Of a stretch of DNA of 64,000 bases, positions 19,265 to 28,381 are shown piece after piece. The stretch covers positions 96,001 through 160,000 of the forward strand of contig JBGCFM010000039.1 in NCBI GenBank assembly GCA_045106895.1, given 5' to 3'. A model generated the notes under the pieces. That model was given only the letters and a program-made list of their open reading frames with translations, made no database searches and had not been told where the DNA came from. Both the position numbers and the translations under genes were made by a program. The stretch is from Polyangiales bacterium (GTDB lineage Bacteria > Myxococcota_A > Polyangia > Polyangiales > Houyiibacteriaceae). The stretch's first letter is position 1; each line of letters starts with the position of its first letter.

Positions 19265-20626
19265 TCAGCGGAACGGGTGCGGTCCGCCGGGCCAGCGGTC
19301 CACTTCGAGGCCGCTGGGAACAAAGTCGGGGACGCCGGAGGCCGGAAGGCTGCTTCGCTCACGCTCGCTGTCGAGAGCGGCGAGGAACTCGAGGAGGAGC
19401 GCGATGTCGGCGTCCGTGAGGGGCCGAAGGGGCTGGACTTCGTCGCTGAGGGTCTCGAGAATCAACGCCCGCGTGGCCGGGTCGTTTTGCACGGTCTCGG
19501 CGATGGAAGCAGGGAGGCCGGCGCCGTCGTACGCTTCGAGGGCTCCCTGAGGATCAAGGTGATGGCGCAGCGCTTCTTCGAGAGTGGCGTAGGCGCCGTT
19601 GTGCATCCACGGGCCCGTCATGCGGACGTTTCGAAGTGGTGGCACACGGAACGCGAAGCGGTCTTCGGGGCGTCCCGTGGTGTTGAAGCGGCCTTCGTCG
19701 AGGCCCGGACGCAGGTCCGTGGTGCCGTCGGACATCATCGGCGCGAAGCCTGGGCCGAGCTGCGGGACACCGATATTGAAGAAGCCTGTGCCGCCAAAGT
19801 CGGGGCCGTCGTGGCAGCGCACGCATCCCGCGTCACCGAAGAAGAGCGCGGCGCCAGCCTCAGCGGCGCGACTCACAGGGGTTTCCTCGCGGAGGTCCCA
19901 ATCGGACTCGGGGTGGCTCCAGAGCTCTTGTCGAAAATGCACCATGGCGCGCGCCAAGTGAGCGAAGGTGGGCGCCTCGCCGGGGAACGAAAGGTCCAGA
20001 AGGAACTCGTATTCCTCGAAGCGAAGGACGCGGCGTAGAAGTGCCTCGGCGAAGACCCGGGAGTCGTCGATCTGCGCCAACTCGTTGCGCTCGCCGAAGA
20101 CATCGACGTCCCCCGCGTCGCCACGCATCTCGCTGCGGTCAAAGAGCGGCAGCAGCACGAGGGCTTCGTCCGTGGTCCGGATGCCTTCGGGCAGCGCCAC
20201 CGGCGCGGAGATGCTTCCGTCCGGGCGTCGCTCCACGCGGCCGTCCCAGAAGAGCGCCGGCGCGTCGGCTTCCGCGAAGAGCGCCATGGAGTTTCGTGGC
20301 AACACCGCGCCTTCGCCGCGCGAACGGGTCGGCCCGAGGCCGCTGGCGCCTTGGCCTAGGGAGAGGGGCAGGTTCTCGACGGTGGTGGCGAAGGGAAAGT
20401 GACAGGTGGCGCAAGCGATGTTGCGATTGCCACTGAGCTCTCGGTCAAAGAAGAGCAGCTGGCCTAGACGAAAGAGTGGGTCGTCCGGGGGCGTAAAACG
20501 TTCCTCGGAAATGCTCGGCTGTAGTGCGAGGAGCTCGACGCGCCGGACCTCGCAGCCTCCTGCAAAGAGACTCGCGGCGACGAGGAGCACGATAGCGCTC
20601 CGTGGCTTCTGTTGGGACGTCATCAC
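19265..20626 (-). CDS. Di-haem cytochrome c peroxidase (MauG/CCP family) lipoprotein
   Basis: LGQLLFFDRELSGNRNIACATCH, FWDGR, CVRCH, FRVPPLRNV..TGPWMHNG. Confidence 0.92.
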   Translation of the reverse strand: MMTSQQKPRSAIVLLVAASLFAGGCEVRRVELLALQPSISEERFTPPDDPLFRLGQLLFFDRELSGNRNIACATCHFPFATTVENLPLSLGQGASGLGPTRSRGEGAVLPRNSMALFAEADAPALFWDGRVERRPDGSISAPVALPEGIRTTDEALVLLPLFDRSEMRGDAGDVDVFGERNELAQIDDSRVFAEALLRRVLRFEEYEFLLDLSFPGEAPTFAHLARAMVHFRQELWSHPESDWDLREETPVSRAAEAGAALFFGDAGCVRCHDGPDFGGTGFFNIGVPQLGPGFAPMMSDGTTDLRPGLDEGRFNTTGRPEDRFAFRVPPLRNVRMTGPWMHNGAYATLEEALRHHLDPQGALEAYDGAGLPASIAETVQNDPATRALILETLSDEVQPLRPLTDADIALLLEFLAALDSERERSSLPASGVPDFVPSGLEVDRWPGGPHPFR

Positions 20627-21807
20627 TCTGCTTTTCCAATGCTCAGGTCGATGTTCAGCGCGAGGGATGGCCCCCCGAGGCCCGAAAGGAGCTGGCCGTC
20701 TATGTCGACGCGAAACCCCGTGGACCAGCCAAGTTCAAGTTCGACGGCGGCACGAAAGATGCCGACGGCGCGCTCGTAACGAACGCTGGCGGATCCACCG
20801 AATACCGGCTCGCCAAAGCTCGTGCAGTCGACACCGCAGACATCCACCGCGGGAAGACCCGTGACCGGATCCGAGAGATCTGGGCTTCGGAAGCCTTGCA
20901 CGCCTGCTTCGAGACCGGCACGTAACGCAAGCACGTTCTTGGACCAGCGCCGTGCCCAGTATTCGACTCCGGCAAACGCCGTCGCGCCGACGAGGAGGAC
21001 ATCGGGCCCTGGGTTGGAGAGGCTTCCGTAGACTCGCACGCCGGCGAAGAGATAGCGCCAGCGACCGAGCACACGGAGCTGATGATGGACGGCGGAGCCT
21101 TGGCGGCGCCTGCCGAGGAGACCCAGTTGGTGGAGGGCGCCGCCGTAGGCGACACTGATGGCCCAAGAACACGGCCCGCGCCCAAAGCGACTCCAGCCCT
21201 CACATCGAGACAGCGCTTCGCCTTCATGGGCAGCCTGCGCGCTTCCTTCCGTGCTCTCTTCCGTCGCGGCTTCGTCATCCACAGGCTCTTCGGGTGCAGG
21301 TTCTTCCGGCGCGGACTCGTCAGGCGCTGTTTCCTCTGGGGCGGGTTCTTCCTGCGCAGGTTCCGCCGAAACGGCGTCGGCCGCCTGCTCGAGCGGCTCG
21401 ACGGGCGCGGCCGGAGGTTGCGCCGGCGAGAGAGTGGCCCCCGGAGACTCCGCCGGTGGGGCGGGCGGGCCGAGACGCACAAGCTCGGCGACGACGAGGG
21501 CGACGAGGCGCGAGCGAGCGCCCACGGCGGTCTGGCTCAAGTCGAGGTGGTTCGTCCGCTCGGGTGCTTCGTCGACGCCGAAGCGCACGCGGAGGTCTGC
21601 GGAAACAAGGGTGCAGCTGTGGACGTGCACCTGAAGCGCGGACGCAGCGGGACCCAGCTCCACGGCGAGGAGCGCGCGTACTCGCTCGGCGTCCATCCAC
21701 GGGGCGTCGCAGAGAGACACGGCAGGGGCCGGCGCGGCGCTCTCGGGCTGCGCGCGCACGGATGCGGTCAGCGCCAGCATGGCGCAGGCGACAAAGGTGC
21801 GCTTCAC
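20623..21807 (-). CDS. Exported protein: small N-terminal domain, acidic Pro linker, predicted beta-barrel C-terminus (ECF cassette member)
   Basis: GTG 21807 overlaps the upstream stop (GTGA); signal peptide; amphipathic beta-strand pattern at the C-terminus. Confidence 0.65.
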   Translation of the reverse strand: MKRTFVACAMLALTASVRAQPESAAPAPAVSLCDAPWMDAERVRALLAVELGPAASALQVHVHSCTLVSADLRVRFGVDEAPERTNHLDLSQTAVGARSRLVALVVAELVRLGPPAPPAESPGATLSPAQPPAAPVEPLEQAADAVSAEPAQEEPAPEETAPDESAPEEPAPEEPVDDEAATEESTEGSAQAAHEGEALSRCEGWSRFGRGPCSWAISVAYGGALHQLGLLGRRRQGSAVHHQLRVLGRWRYLFAGVRVYGSLSNPGPDVLLVGATAFAGVEYWARRWSKNVLALRAGLEAGVQGFRSPDLSDPVTGLPAVDVCGVDCTSFGEPVFGGSASVRYERAVGIFRAAVELELGWSTGFRVDIDGQLLSGLGGPSLALNIDLSIGKAE

Positions 21808-22898
21808 GGCGTCGACTCGCCCGCGCCTGTCGCGTCGATGACCTCTTGCCGGTATTGACTCTGTGGATAGCGCGCCAAGAAGCGCGCAGAGGCGGCGGGC
21901 GCCGCGGGGTCTCCAGCCTGTCCCAGGCTCACGACGCGAAGCGCTTGCGCGGTCTCGCGCAGAGGACGTGGCAGCCCGATGCGTAAGCTCCGAGCGAAGC
22001 TGCGAGCCGCCGGCGCAGGACGGTCGAGGGACTCGAGTTCGATGCGCCCCTGGGTAAACGCTGCCAACGCCGCGCGGGGCGCTTCGGGGTGCTCGCTGGA
22101 GGCGCGGGCGAGCCAACGCACGGCTTGGGCATGACGCCCCTCCCGGCGAGCCGCGTCGGCGTAGCCCAGAAGGTCTTCGAGGGAAGTCTCACTTCGGGAA
22201 GCTTCGGCGGCGGGCAAGTCTGGGACGACGGTGTCCAGCGAGTCTGGGGCGACGGCATCCAGCGAGTCCGGGGCACGCTGTGGGTCCGAGCCCACCTCCG
22301 CTTCGGGCTGCTCTGTGTCGGCGGCGGCGTTGAGTATGACCTGAAGCACGTCCCCTGCTTCCAGGCGCTGCTCACCGTCGGGGACGTTCGCGCCGCGCAC
22401 CAAGACCACGCCGCGCTCGACGCGAACCGCGACGGCTTCCGGCGTGCGTTCGACGTCAAACACCGTGCCGACGACGACCACTTCGACGCCGCTCGCCACG
22501 ACGCGCCAGCGGCGTGGGCCCCTCGGTACGATGTCGAAGTGCGCGGCGCCGGAGCGAAGCGCAAAGGCAACTTCGCCTTCGATATTGCTGAGGGTGTCGA
22601 GGTTCGCGCCGGCGCCGGCGTCGATGCGCGAGCCATCCGAGAAGATATGCACGGAGTCCGAGTTCAGCTGCGCCGGCACGCTCGAGCCATCTTCGAGGGC
22701 GAGGGTCGTCTCCTCCGTGGGCCAAAGGAAGAACCCGGCGGCCAGGGCTGCGGCGACGGCGGCGAGGGCGAGCCAGCGTGTCGGCGCTTTCTTCGGCGCG
22801 CGACGCCCCTCGATTCCTGCCCACATTCGATTGACCCGGTGCTCCGGCGTTTCGTCGCGCAGTGATTCGCGCACGCGCTCTTCCATCGAAGGTTTCAT
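21804..22898 (-). CDS. FecR-domain anti-sigma factor with C-terminal TPR
   Basis: Single TM, FSDGSRI, LRSGAAHFDIVP, VVVVGTVFDV, VRVERGVV; C-terminal TPR ending FLARYPQS. Confidence 0.88.
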   Translation of the reverse strand: MKPSMEERVRESLRDETPEHRVNRMWAGIEGRRAPKKAPTRWLALAAVAAALAAGFFLWPTEETTLALEDGSSVPAQLNSDSVHIFSDGSRIDAGAGANLDTLSNIEGEVAFALRSGAAHFDIVPRGPRRWRVVASGVEVVVVGTVFDVERTPEAVAVRVERGVVLVRGANVPDGEQRLEAGDVLQVILNAAADTEQPEAEVGSDPQRAPDSLDAVAPDSLDTVVPDLPAAEASRSETSLEDLLGYADAARREGRHAQAVRWLARASSEHPEAPRAALAAFTQGRIELESLDRPAPAARSFARSLRIGLPRPLRETAQALRVVSLGQAGDPAAPAASARFLARYPQSQYRQEVIDATGAGESTP

Positions 22899-23506
22899 GG
22901 CGTCTCTCCTCTCAGCGCGTCGAGCGCCTCGCTCGCCCGCTTTACTCTTCGTTTCGCCGTGGCGAGGGAACAGCCCGCGAGGTCGGCGGTCTCTTGAAGG
23001 CTGTGTCCTTCAATATGACGAAGGGTCCAACAGATGCGATCTTCCAGGTGGAGCGTCTCGAGGACCCGGTCGACGGCGGCGAGCTCTGCGCGGTCTTCTT
23101 GGGATGCCCGCGCGGCGGCCTGGAGCGCGAGCCCTTCGTCGTCGAGGGATCGCTCGAGACCGAGCAGTCGCGTGAGCTTGCGGCGCCGGAGTTTCTTCCG
23201 CGCACGATTGAGGACGATGGAGACGAGCCACGAAGCGAGCCTCGAGGGGTCTTGAAGCGTGTCCAAGCGCGAATACGCTTGGACAAACGCGTCCTGAACG
23301 ACGTCTTCGATGTCGTGGCTGTTTCGCACGAGCCGCGCGGCGACACGTTCGACTTTGTGCACGTGCCGTCGGTAGAGAGCTTCTTCGGCCCAGCCATCTC
23401 CTCGCAGGCAGCGAGCGACGAGTTCCGCGTCCGGCGGCACATTCGTTCTTAGCGGGCGAACCTGGCCCACCTGCTCCGCCTGCTTTGCCACCTGCCTCTG
23501 CGTCAT
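22895..23506 (-). CDS. ECF RNA polymerase sigma factor
   Basis: Region 2 DIEDVVQDAFVQAY...SWLVSI; region 4 EGHSLQETADLAGCSLATAKRR. Start approximate. Confidence 0.92.
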   Translation of the reverse strand: MTQRQVAKQAEQVGQVRPLRTNVPPDAELVARCLRGDGWAEEALYRRHVHKVERVAARLVRNSHDIEDVVQDAFVQAYSRLDTLQDPSRLASWLVSIVLNRARKKLRRRKLTRLLGLERSLDDEGLALQAAARASQEDRAELAAVDRVLETLHLEDRICWTLRHIEGHSLQETADLAGCSLATAKRRVKRASEALDALRGETP

Positions 23507-23785
23507 ACCCACATCACTGCCGAACCCTGAGGAGCGCAAAGTGGCTCAGGCCCCTGCTCTTTTCCTGGTTCAAGGTTCACTTTTTGAGGGTTTCAGACAT
23601 AAAACGCGACGTTCGCCCCCGAAGATAGCGAGGGTGGTGCTCGCCGCCACCCGCCGCGTCTCTGGGTGAAGCAGCTCCCCCTTGGAAGTCGAAACCTGTC
23701 GTGGCGTGAGCCGTTTCCGCGCGCTTCGGGGTCTGGTGTTTATGGGCTGCACCAGCATTCGATGTGCGGCTCGAAGGAGATGCAA

Positions 23786-24235
23786 ATGATGAGACTAAAG
23801 AAGCGCGCGAACGTCCTGCTTGTGGGGATTGCGTTGATGGGGGGGTGTTGGGAAGAGGACAGCCCCTTCCCGTTCACCGAAGGCGAGAGCCGAGAGGACC
23901 GCCAAGGCCGGGGAGGAGACTGCGACGAAGACGGTCCGCCTCCTTTTGACGCTGGGTCTCCCCTCGACGCGGGCTGGATCGACGCGGGGGACGGCGAAGG
24001 TCCACCGCCTCCGCCGGACGCACCTCCCTGCGACCCCTACGCAGGCGAATGCGCGCCGCCGGAGCCGGAGCCACACCCGGAGCCGGAGCCGCATCCAGAC
24101 CCCGACCCGTGCGACCCGTACACGGGCACCTGCGAGGCGGATCCGGATGGCGAACCGGAACCAGAACCGGAACCAGGAAACCCACCGGAAGACTGTGACC
24201 CCTACATCGACGACTGTTCGCCGCCTGTGAACTAG
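23786..24235 (+). CDS. Pro/Asp-rich low-complexity lipoprotein with three CDPY motifs
   Basis: AAGGAG RBS, lipobox MGGC, PE-repeat linkers, CDPYxxxC three times. Confidence 0.65.
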   Translation: MMRLKKRANVLLVGIALMGGCWEEDSPFPFTEGESREDRQGRGGDCDEDGPPPFDAGSPLDAGWIDAGDGEGPPPPPDAPPCDPYAGECAPPEPEPHPEPEPHPDPDPCDPYTGTCEADPDGEPEPEPEPGNPPEDCDPYIDDCSPPVN

Positions 24236-24273
24236 GTGCGTTGGGCTCGCGGGGCGGGCGTGTATCATGGGAT

Positions 24274-26064
24274 ATGCAAGCGTCCCCGTCCCGCTCCGCC
24301 CCACTCCGTATCGCGCTCTGCCTTGTCGCCTGCGTCGCCTGCGGCGATGACTCGACCCCGCCTGCCCAAGATGCTTCCACGGACGTCTCAGCAGCTGACG
24401 CGCGCCAAGATGGCAGCGCTTCCGACGCGGCGAATGACGCGCAGAATACGAGGGACGCAGCAGCGAACGACGGCGGCGAGGACGCAGCGTCCATGGACGG
24501 CGGCGGGCCCGGCAGGATGATCACGTTGAGCGCGCTGAAGGCCTTTCCCACGGCGATGGGCGCGGGCATGTTCGTCACCGGCGGCCGTGGCGGGAAGACC
24601 TTCTTCGTGAACACGCGTGAGGACCTGCCCGAAGATGACCCGGCCTATGGCAGCTACGACGAGGCCACGGATACGTACGCCGGAACGCTCCGCTACTGCC
24701 TGACGGAGCACAACACCGTGGCGAAGAACGTGGTCTTCCTCGTCGGCGGAGAGTTCACGCTCACCCAAGGCGACCTCCGGGTAAACAACCAGCAAGGCCG
24801 GAGCATCTCGGTCTTAGGCCAGACCGCGCGCGACATTGGGGGCGTCCACATCACGGGGAGCGAGTTCATCGTCTTCTTCGACAACCTCGACAACGTCATC
24901 CTTCGTTTCGTGGACTTCAAACCAGGGCGCGCGTTTGTGGATCGCGACGTCACCGTCAGCGCGGGCAGCGTGCGCATCGGCGAGATGACCTATCCGATTG
25001 AGAACGACCGAATCCGTATCGGCAGCCGCAGCTACTGGGTCGATGGTGACAACCTCGTCCGCGAGAAGGACGGCATGAACATCACGCGGACCTACGACAT
25101 CATCGTCGACCACGTGACGGCGGGCTGGCACGGCGACGAGTCCTTCGAAGCGTATGCCTTCAACTTGGATGGCGAACCGTTCCGCAACGTCACGATTCAA
25201 CGCAGTCTCTTCTTGCCCGGCATTCGTGGGCACAACGTCGGCGGGCTCTTCGGCGGCGACGCGTCGGCGACGGTTGAAGGCGCGGGGCTCATCGAGAACG
25301 GTGATGTGCACCACAACTGCTTCGTGAACCTGACGCACCGTTTTCCGAACATTGGCGGCGGCGGGAGTGCGCGCGTTCGTGTCTTCAACAACGTCGCCTA
25401 CGGGTGGGGGAGTCGCCTCATGAACCTCTACGGCGACGGCCTCCTGGATGTCTTCAACAACTACTATCGCCGAAACCCATCGACGGCGGCGCCTTCGGTA
25501 CGTGACGACTTCCGCATGTTCAAGTTCGACTTCCTCTACGATCCCACGGGCTCCTTGGCTCCCTCCGTCTACGTCGCTGGGAACTTCGTCGATGGCTACA
25601 TCGAAGACCCGGAGGAAAACAACTGGAAGCTGCTCTCGCATTTCCGGGATTCACCACGTGGCGGAAACGAAGACCCCTTGTCGTCCGAGTACCAGCGAGC
25701 CACGCCCATCGATGATGCCGAGCATCCTATCAACGCGAGCAATGCACTCGATGCGCTCCCCGACGTCCTGAACGACGTCGGCGCCAACGTCGTCTTCGGC
25801 AGTGATGGAACGACCCGCTACGTCGACACGGTGGACGCGGCGTACCTTCGCCAGGTGGAGACAACGAGCGGCCCCGCTTCTCTGCCGAGCTCCGAGGCCT
25901 GGGTCTATCCGGACTACGAGAGTGGCTCCGTTCCGCGAGGCGACTTTGACAGCGACGGCGTACCGCTCGGCTGGACGGCGCCGAGCAACGTCGTCAATAG
26001 CGCCGGGTACAGCAACCAAGAGCTCTACTTTGCCGAGCAGGCCGGCGACTTCTTCCGGCTCTGA
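24274..26064 (+). CDS. Pectate lyase-like (PL1-type) beta-helix lipoprotein
   Basis: Lipobox CVAC plus acidic linker; KAFPTAMGAGMFVTGGRGG, GTLRY, ISVLGQTA, IIVDH, HRFPNI, FNNVAYGW. Confidence 0.8.
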   Translation: MQASPSRSAPLRIALCLVACVACGDDSTPPAQDASTDVSAADARQDGSASDAANDAQNTRDAAANDGGEDAASMDGGGPGRMITLSALKAFPTAMGAGMFVTGGRGGKTFFVNTREDLPEDDPAYGSYDEATDTYAGTLRYCLTEHNTVAKNVVFLVGGEFTLTQGDLRVNNQQGRSISVLGQTARDIGGVHITGSEFIVFFDNLDNVILRFVDFKPGRAFVDRDVTVSAGSVRIGEMTYPIENDRIRIGSRSYWVDGDNLVREKDGMNITRTYDIIVDHVTAGWHGDESFEAYAFNLDGEPFRNVTIQRSLFLPGIRGHNVGGLFGGDASATVEGAGLIENGDVHHNCFVNLTHRFPNIGGGGSARVRVFNNVAYGWGSRLMNLYGDGLLDVFNNYYRRNPSTAAPSVRDDFRMFKFDFLYDPTGSLAPSVYVAGNFVDGYIEDPEENNWKLLSHFRDSPRGGNEDPLSSEYQRATPIDDAEHPINASNALDALPDVLNDVGANVVFGSDGTTRYVDTVDAAYLRQVETTSGPASLPSSEAWVYPDYESGSVPRGDFDSDGVPLGWTAPSNVVNSAGYSNQELYFAEQAGDFFRL

Positions 26065-26162
26065 GTGCACAAAGCCCGGGGCGGACTTTTTTCCACAGCG
26101 GGCATTATTTTTTCATAAAGCGCCCGGCCTATCTCCATTGCATGAGTAGAAAGGACACTCAC

Positions 26163-26741
26163 ATGTCTCACACCTACTCATTCTTTTTGATTCTCTCTCT
26201 TCTTGCTTTCGGCTGCCAACAAGATGGTTCCATCGGCACCGACGGCGTCATCGCCGGACTCAATCGAACCGATCCCGGCGCAACCCTTCCCACAGGCGGA
26301 GAGATCGCCGTCGTCTGGTCCGTGACGAGCGGCTCCCCGGACTATAGCTACGTCGCGGGACGCGGTAGCTTGAGCGCAACGGGCTTCGAGCTCACGTTGC
26401 CGAGCGAGATGCCCGCCGAGGCCGTCAACAGCTACGGCGTCGGCGTTGGAATCATCGCCGCGTGGCCCGAGGGCGCGCCCGCGGACGGCCGCGTGAGCGA
26501 TGAGGCGGAAGACGGCCTCCAGGTGGGCGTCATCGGCGCGACCGAGCGACACGCCATCATCTACGTGGCCCCGGACGCCTCCGGCGAACTCGAATGGTCA
26601 TCCGAGTTTCCAGCCGGGTTCAGCTGCGGCGTAGGAGTCGACAGCGAGTCCGGCTTCGACACCTTCGAGCCTATCAGCTGTGATCTCGTCGAGCTGCGCA
26701 TCGGAAACCTCGCCGACTTCGACTTCGTCAACTGGACCTGA
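26163..26741 (+). CDS. Hypothetical lipoprotein
   Basis: AAGGA RBS; lipobox AFGC; acidic globular domain. Confidence 0.75.
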   Translation: MSHTYSFFLILSLLAFGCQQDGSIGTDGVIAGLNRTDPGATLPTGGEIAVVWSVTSGSPDYSYVAGRGSLSATGFELTLPSEMPAEAVNSYGVGVGIIAAWPEGAPADGRVSDEAEDGLQVGVIGATERHAIIYVAPDASGELEWSSEFPAGFSCGVGVDSESGFDTFEPISCDLVELRIGNLADFDFVNWT

Positions 26742-26748
26742 GCTCCTC

Positions 26749-27858
26749 TTGCGCCTCCTCCTCCCACTTTTTCTTCTCGCGCTGTCGACGCTTCATGCGT
26801 CGGCGGCGCGCGCTGAGTGGTGGGTGCAATCGCCGAACGACGCGTGTGTGAGCCGCGCGTCGCTCGTCGCGGAGCTGGTCGCCATGGTGCCTCAGGACAA
26901 GCTGGCGGCGGGGCCTCGGCGCACGGCGCGGGTATCGCTGAGCCCAAGCGAAGGCCGACTGAGCATCCTCGTCGCCAGCCGCGGTGTCGTGCTGGGTGAG
27001 CGCGTCGTCGCGGCTCCGGGGGCGACGTGCGAAGAGCTCGCCGAGGCGGCGGTCTTCGTTCTGGCCACGCTCATCGAGGGCGATGTCGGACTCGACGCGA
27101 CGACGGCAGAGCTGCCGCAAGACGAAGGCGCGACGATGCTCGCGCCACCGGTCCAGGAAGACACGTCGGCGGAAGAAGCAACGAGCGAGGAGGCGGAGCA
27201 GGAAGCGGAACACAGCGCGCGTCGCGAGATCCAGCGCGAAGGAAGCGAGCTCCTGGACACGCCAGGCATCCGCGGCGATGAGGTCCGGGAGAGCGGCGGC
27301 GAAGAGCGCGCGCGAGAGTTCGCGCAAGAGCCGATCCCGAGCGAAGTGCTCCTCGCCGCGGGGGTCATGCTTCGCTCCGGCGCCGAGCCGTCCTTCGGCG
27401 TGGGCCCGCGACTCTCTGTCTCCTGGCGACGTGGCCGGCTTCGGCTCGCCGCTCACGGCGCGTTCTTCAGGCGCACGCTCCCCGTCGACTCGCGCGAGTT
27501 CATCCTCAACGCGGGCGAGCTCGGCGTTCGCGGATGTGCCGGCACCCTCTCCGGCGCACTTCGCGTCGAGGGGTGTCTCGGCGTCGACGTCGGAATCCAC
27601 GCGGGACGCGGCTTGGGCTTCGACACCGACGAGCGAAGTGTCCTCACTTCCATCGGAATCGCCGGGAGCGTCGGCGTTCGCTACACCTTCGCGCCCTTGT
27701 TCGTCCGCGGGAGCCTGCACGGCGTGGGCCGCGTACAGCCTGTGCGATTTACGCGCAATGTCGGTCGCGATACGAGCGATGTCTTCGCGCAGAGCCCCTT
27801 CTCCGCGGGCGGAACGCTGGAGCTTGGCCTTGTGCTCGGCGGGGGCGCTGCCGAGTGA
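26749..27858 (+). CDS. Exported protein with acidic linker and predicted beta-barrel C-terminus (ECF cassette member)
   Basis: Likely TTG start 26749 giving MRLLLPLFLLALSTLHASAARA; same layout as 20623..21807; stop overlaps the sigma start. Confidence 0.65.
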   Translation: MRLLLPLFLLALSTLHASAARAEWWVQSPNDACVSRASLVAELVAMVPQDKLAAGPRRTARVSLSPSEGRLSILVASRGVVLGERVVAAPGATCEELAEAAVFVLATLIEGDVGLDATTAELPQDEGATMLAPPVQEDTSAEEATSEEAEQEAEHSARREIQREGSELLDTPGIRGDEVRESGGEERAREFAQEPIPSEVLLAAGVMLRSGAEPSFGVGPRLSVSWRRGRLRLAAHGAFFRRTLPVDSREFILNAGELGVRGCAGTLSGALRVEGCLGVDVGIHAGRGLGFDTDERSVLTSIGIAGSVGVRYTFAPLFVRGSLHGVGRVQPVRFTRNVGRDTSDVFAQSPFSAGGTLELGLVLGGGAAE

Positions 27859-28379
27859 GCCGCCAGAACAAACTTGAGACGCTCTTCGCCGAACACGGGC
27901 GCTTCGTGTATCGCGTGGCCCGGCGGCTCGGTGCACCCACGCGGGACGTGGAGGACATCACGCAGGAGGTCTTCGTCGTGGCGTATCGCAAGCTCGAGGA
28001 CTTTGACGGCGTCTCTCCACGAGGCTGGCTCTTTCGTATCACCGCGCGGGTCACCGCCGACTACCGAAAACGCGCGAGCAACCGCCACGAAGACTTGGCA
28101 GCGCCGCTTCCCGACGCCGGCGCCGAGTTCGTGGATGACGCCGTCGCCCAGGCCCAGCTGCGCCAAGCCCTCGATGCTGCGCTCTTGCTTCTAAAGCCGG
28201 CGGAGCGCGAAGTGTTTGTGCTCTACCAACTCGAAAAGCTCCCCATGCGCGAGTGCGCGCTTCTCATCGGCTGTCCCGAGCAGACCGCATACTCGCGACT
28301 CAAGTCCGGCCGGCAAAAAGTCCGGCGCCACCTGAGCCGACATCTCAACATCGCAACCACACTACAAGAGGTGAGCTAA
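27855..28379 (+). CDS. ECF RNA polymerase sigma factor
   Basis: GTG 27855; FVYRVARRLG, DVEDITQEVFVV, GWLFRI, REVFVLYQLE...IGCPEQTAYSRL. Confidence 0.92.
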   Translation: MSRQNKLETLFAEHGRFVYRVARRLGAPTRDVEDITQEVFVVAYRKLEDFDGVSPRGWLFRITARVTADYRKRASNRHEDLAAPLPDAGAEFVDDAVAQAQLRQALDAALLLLKPAEREVFVLYQLEKLPMRECALLIGCPEQTAYSRLKSGRQKVRRHLSRHLNIATTLQEVS

Positions 28380-28381
28380 CC

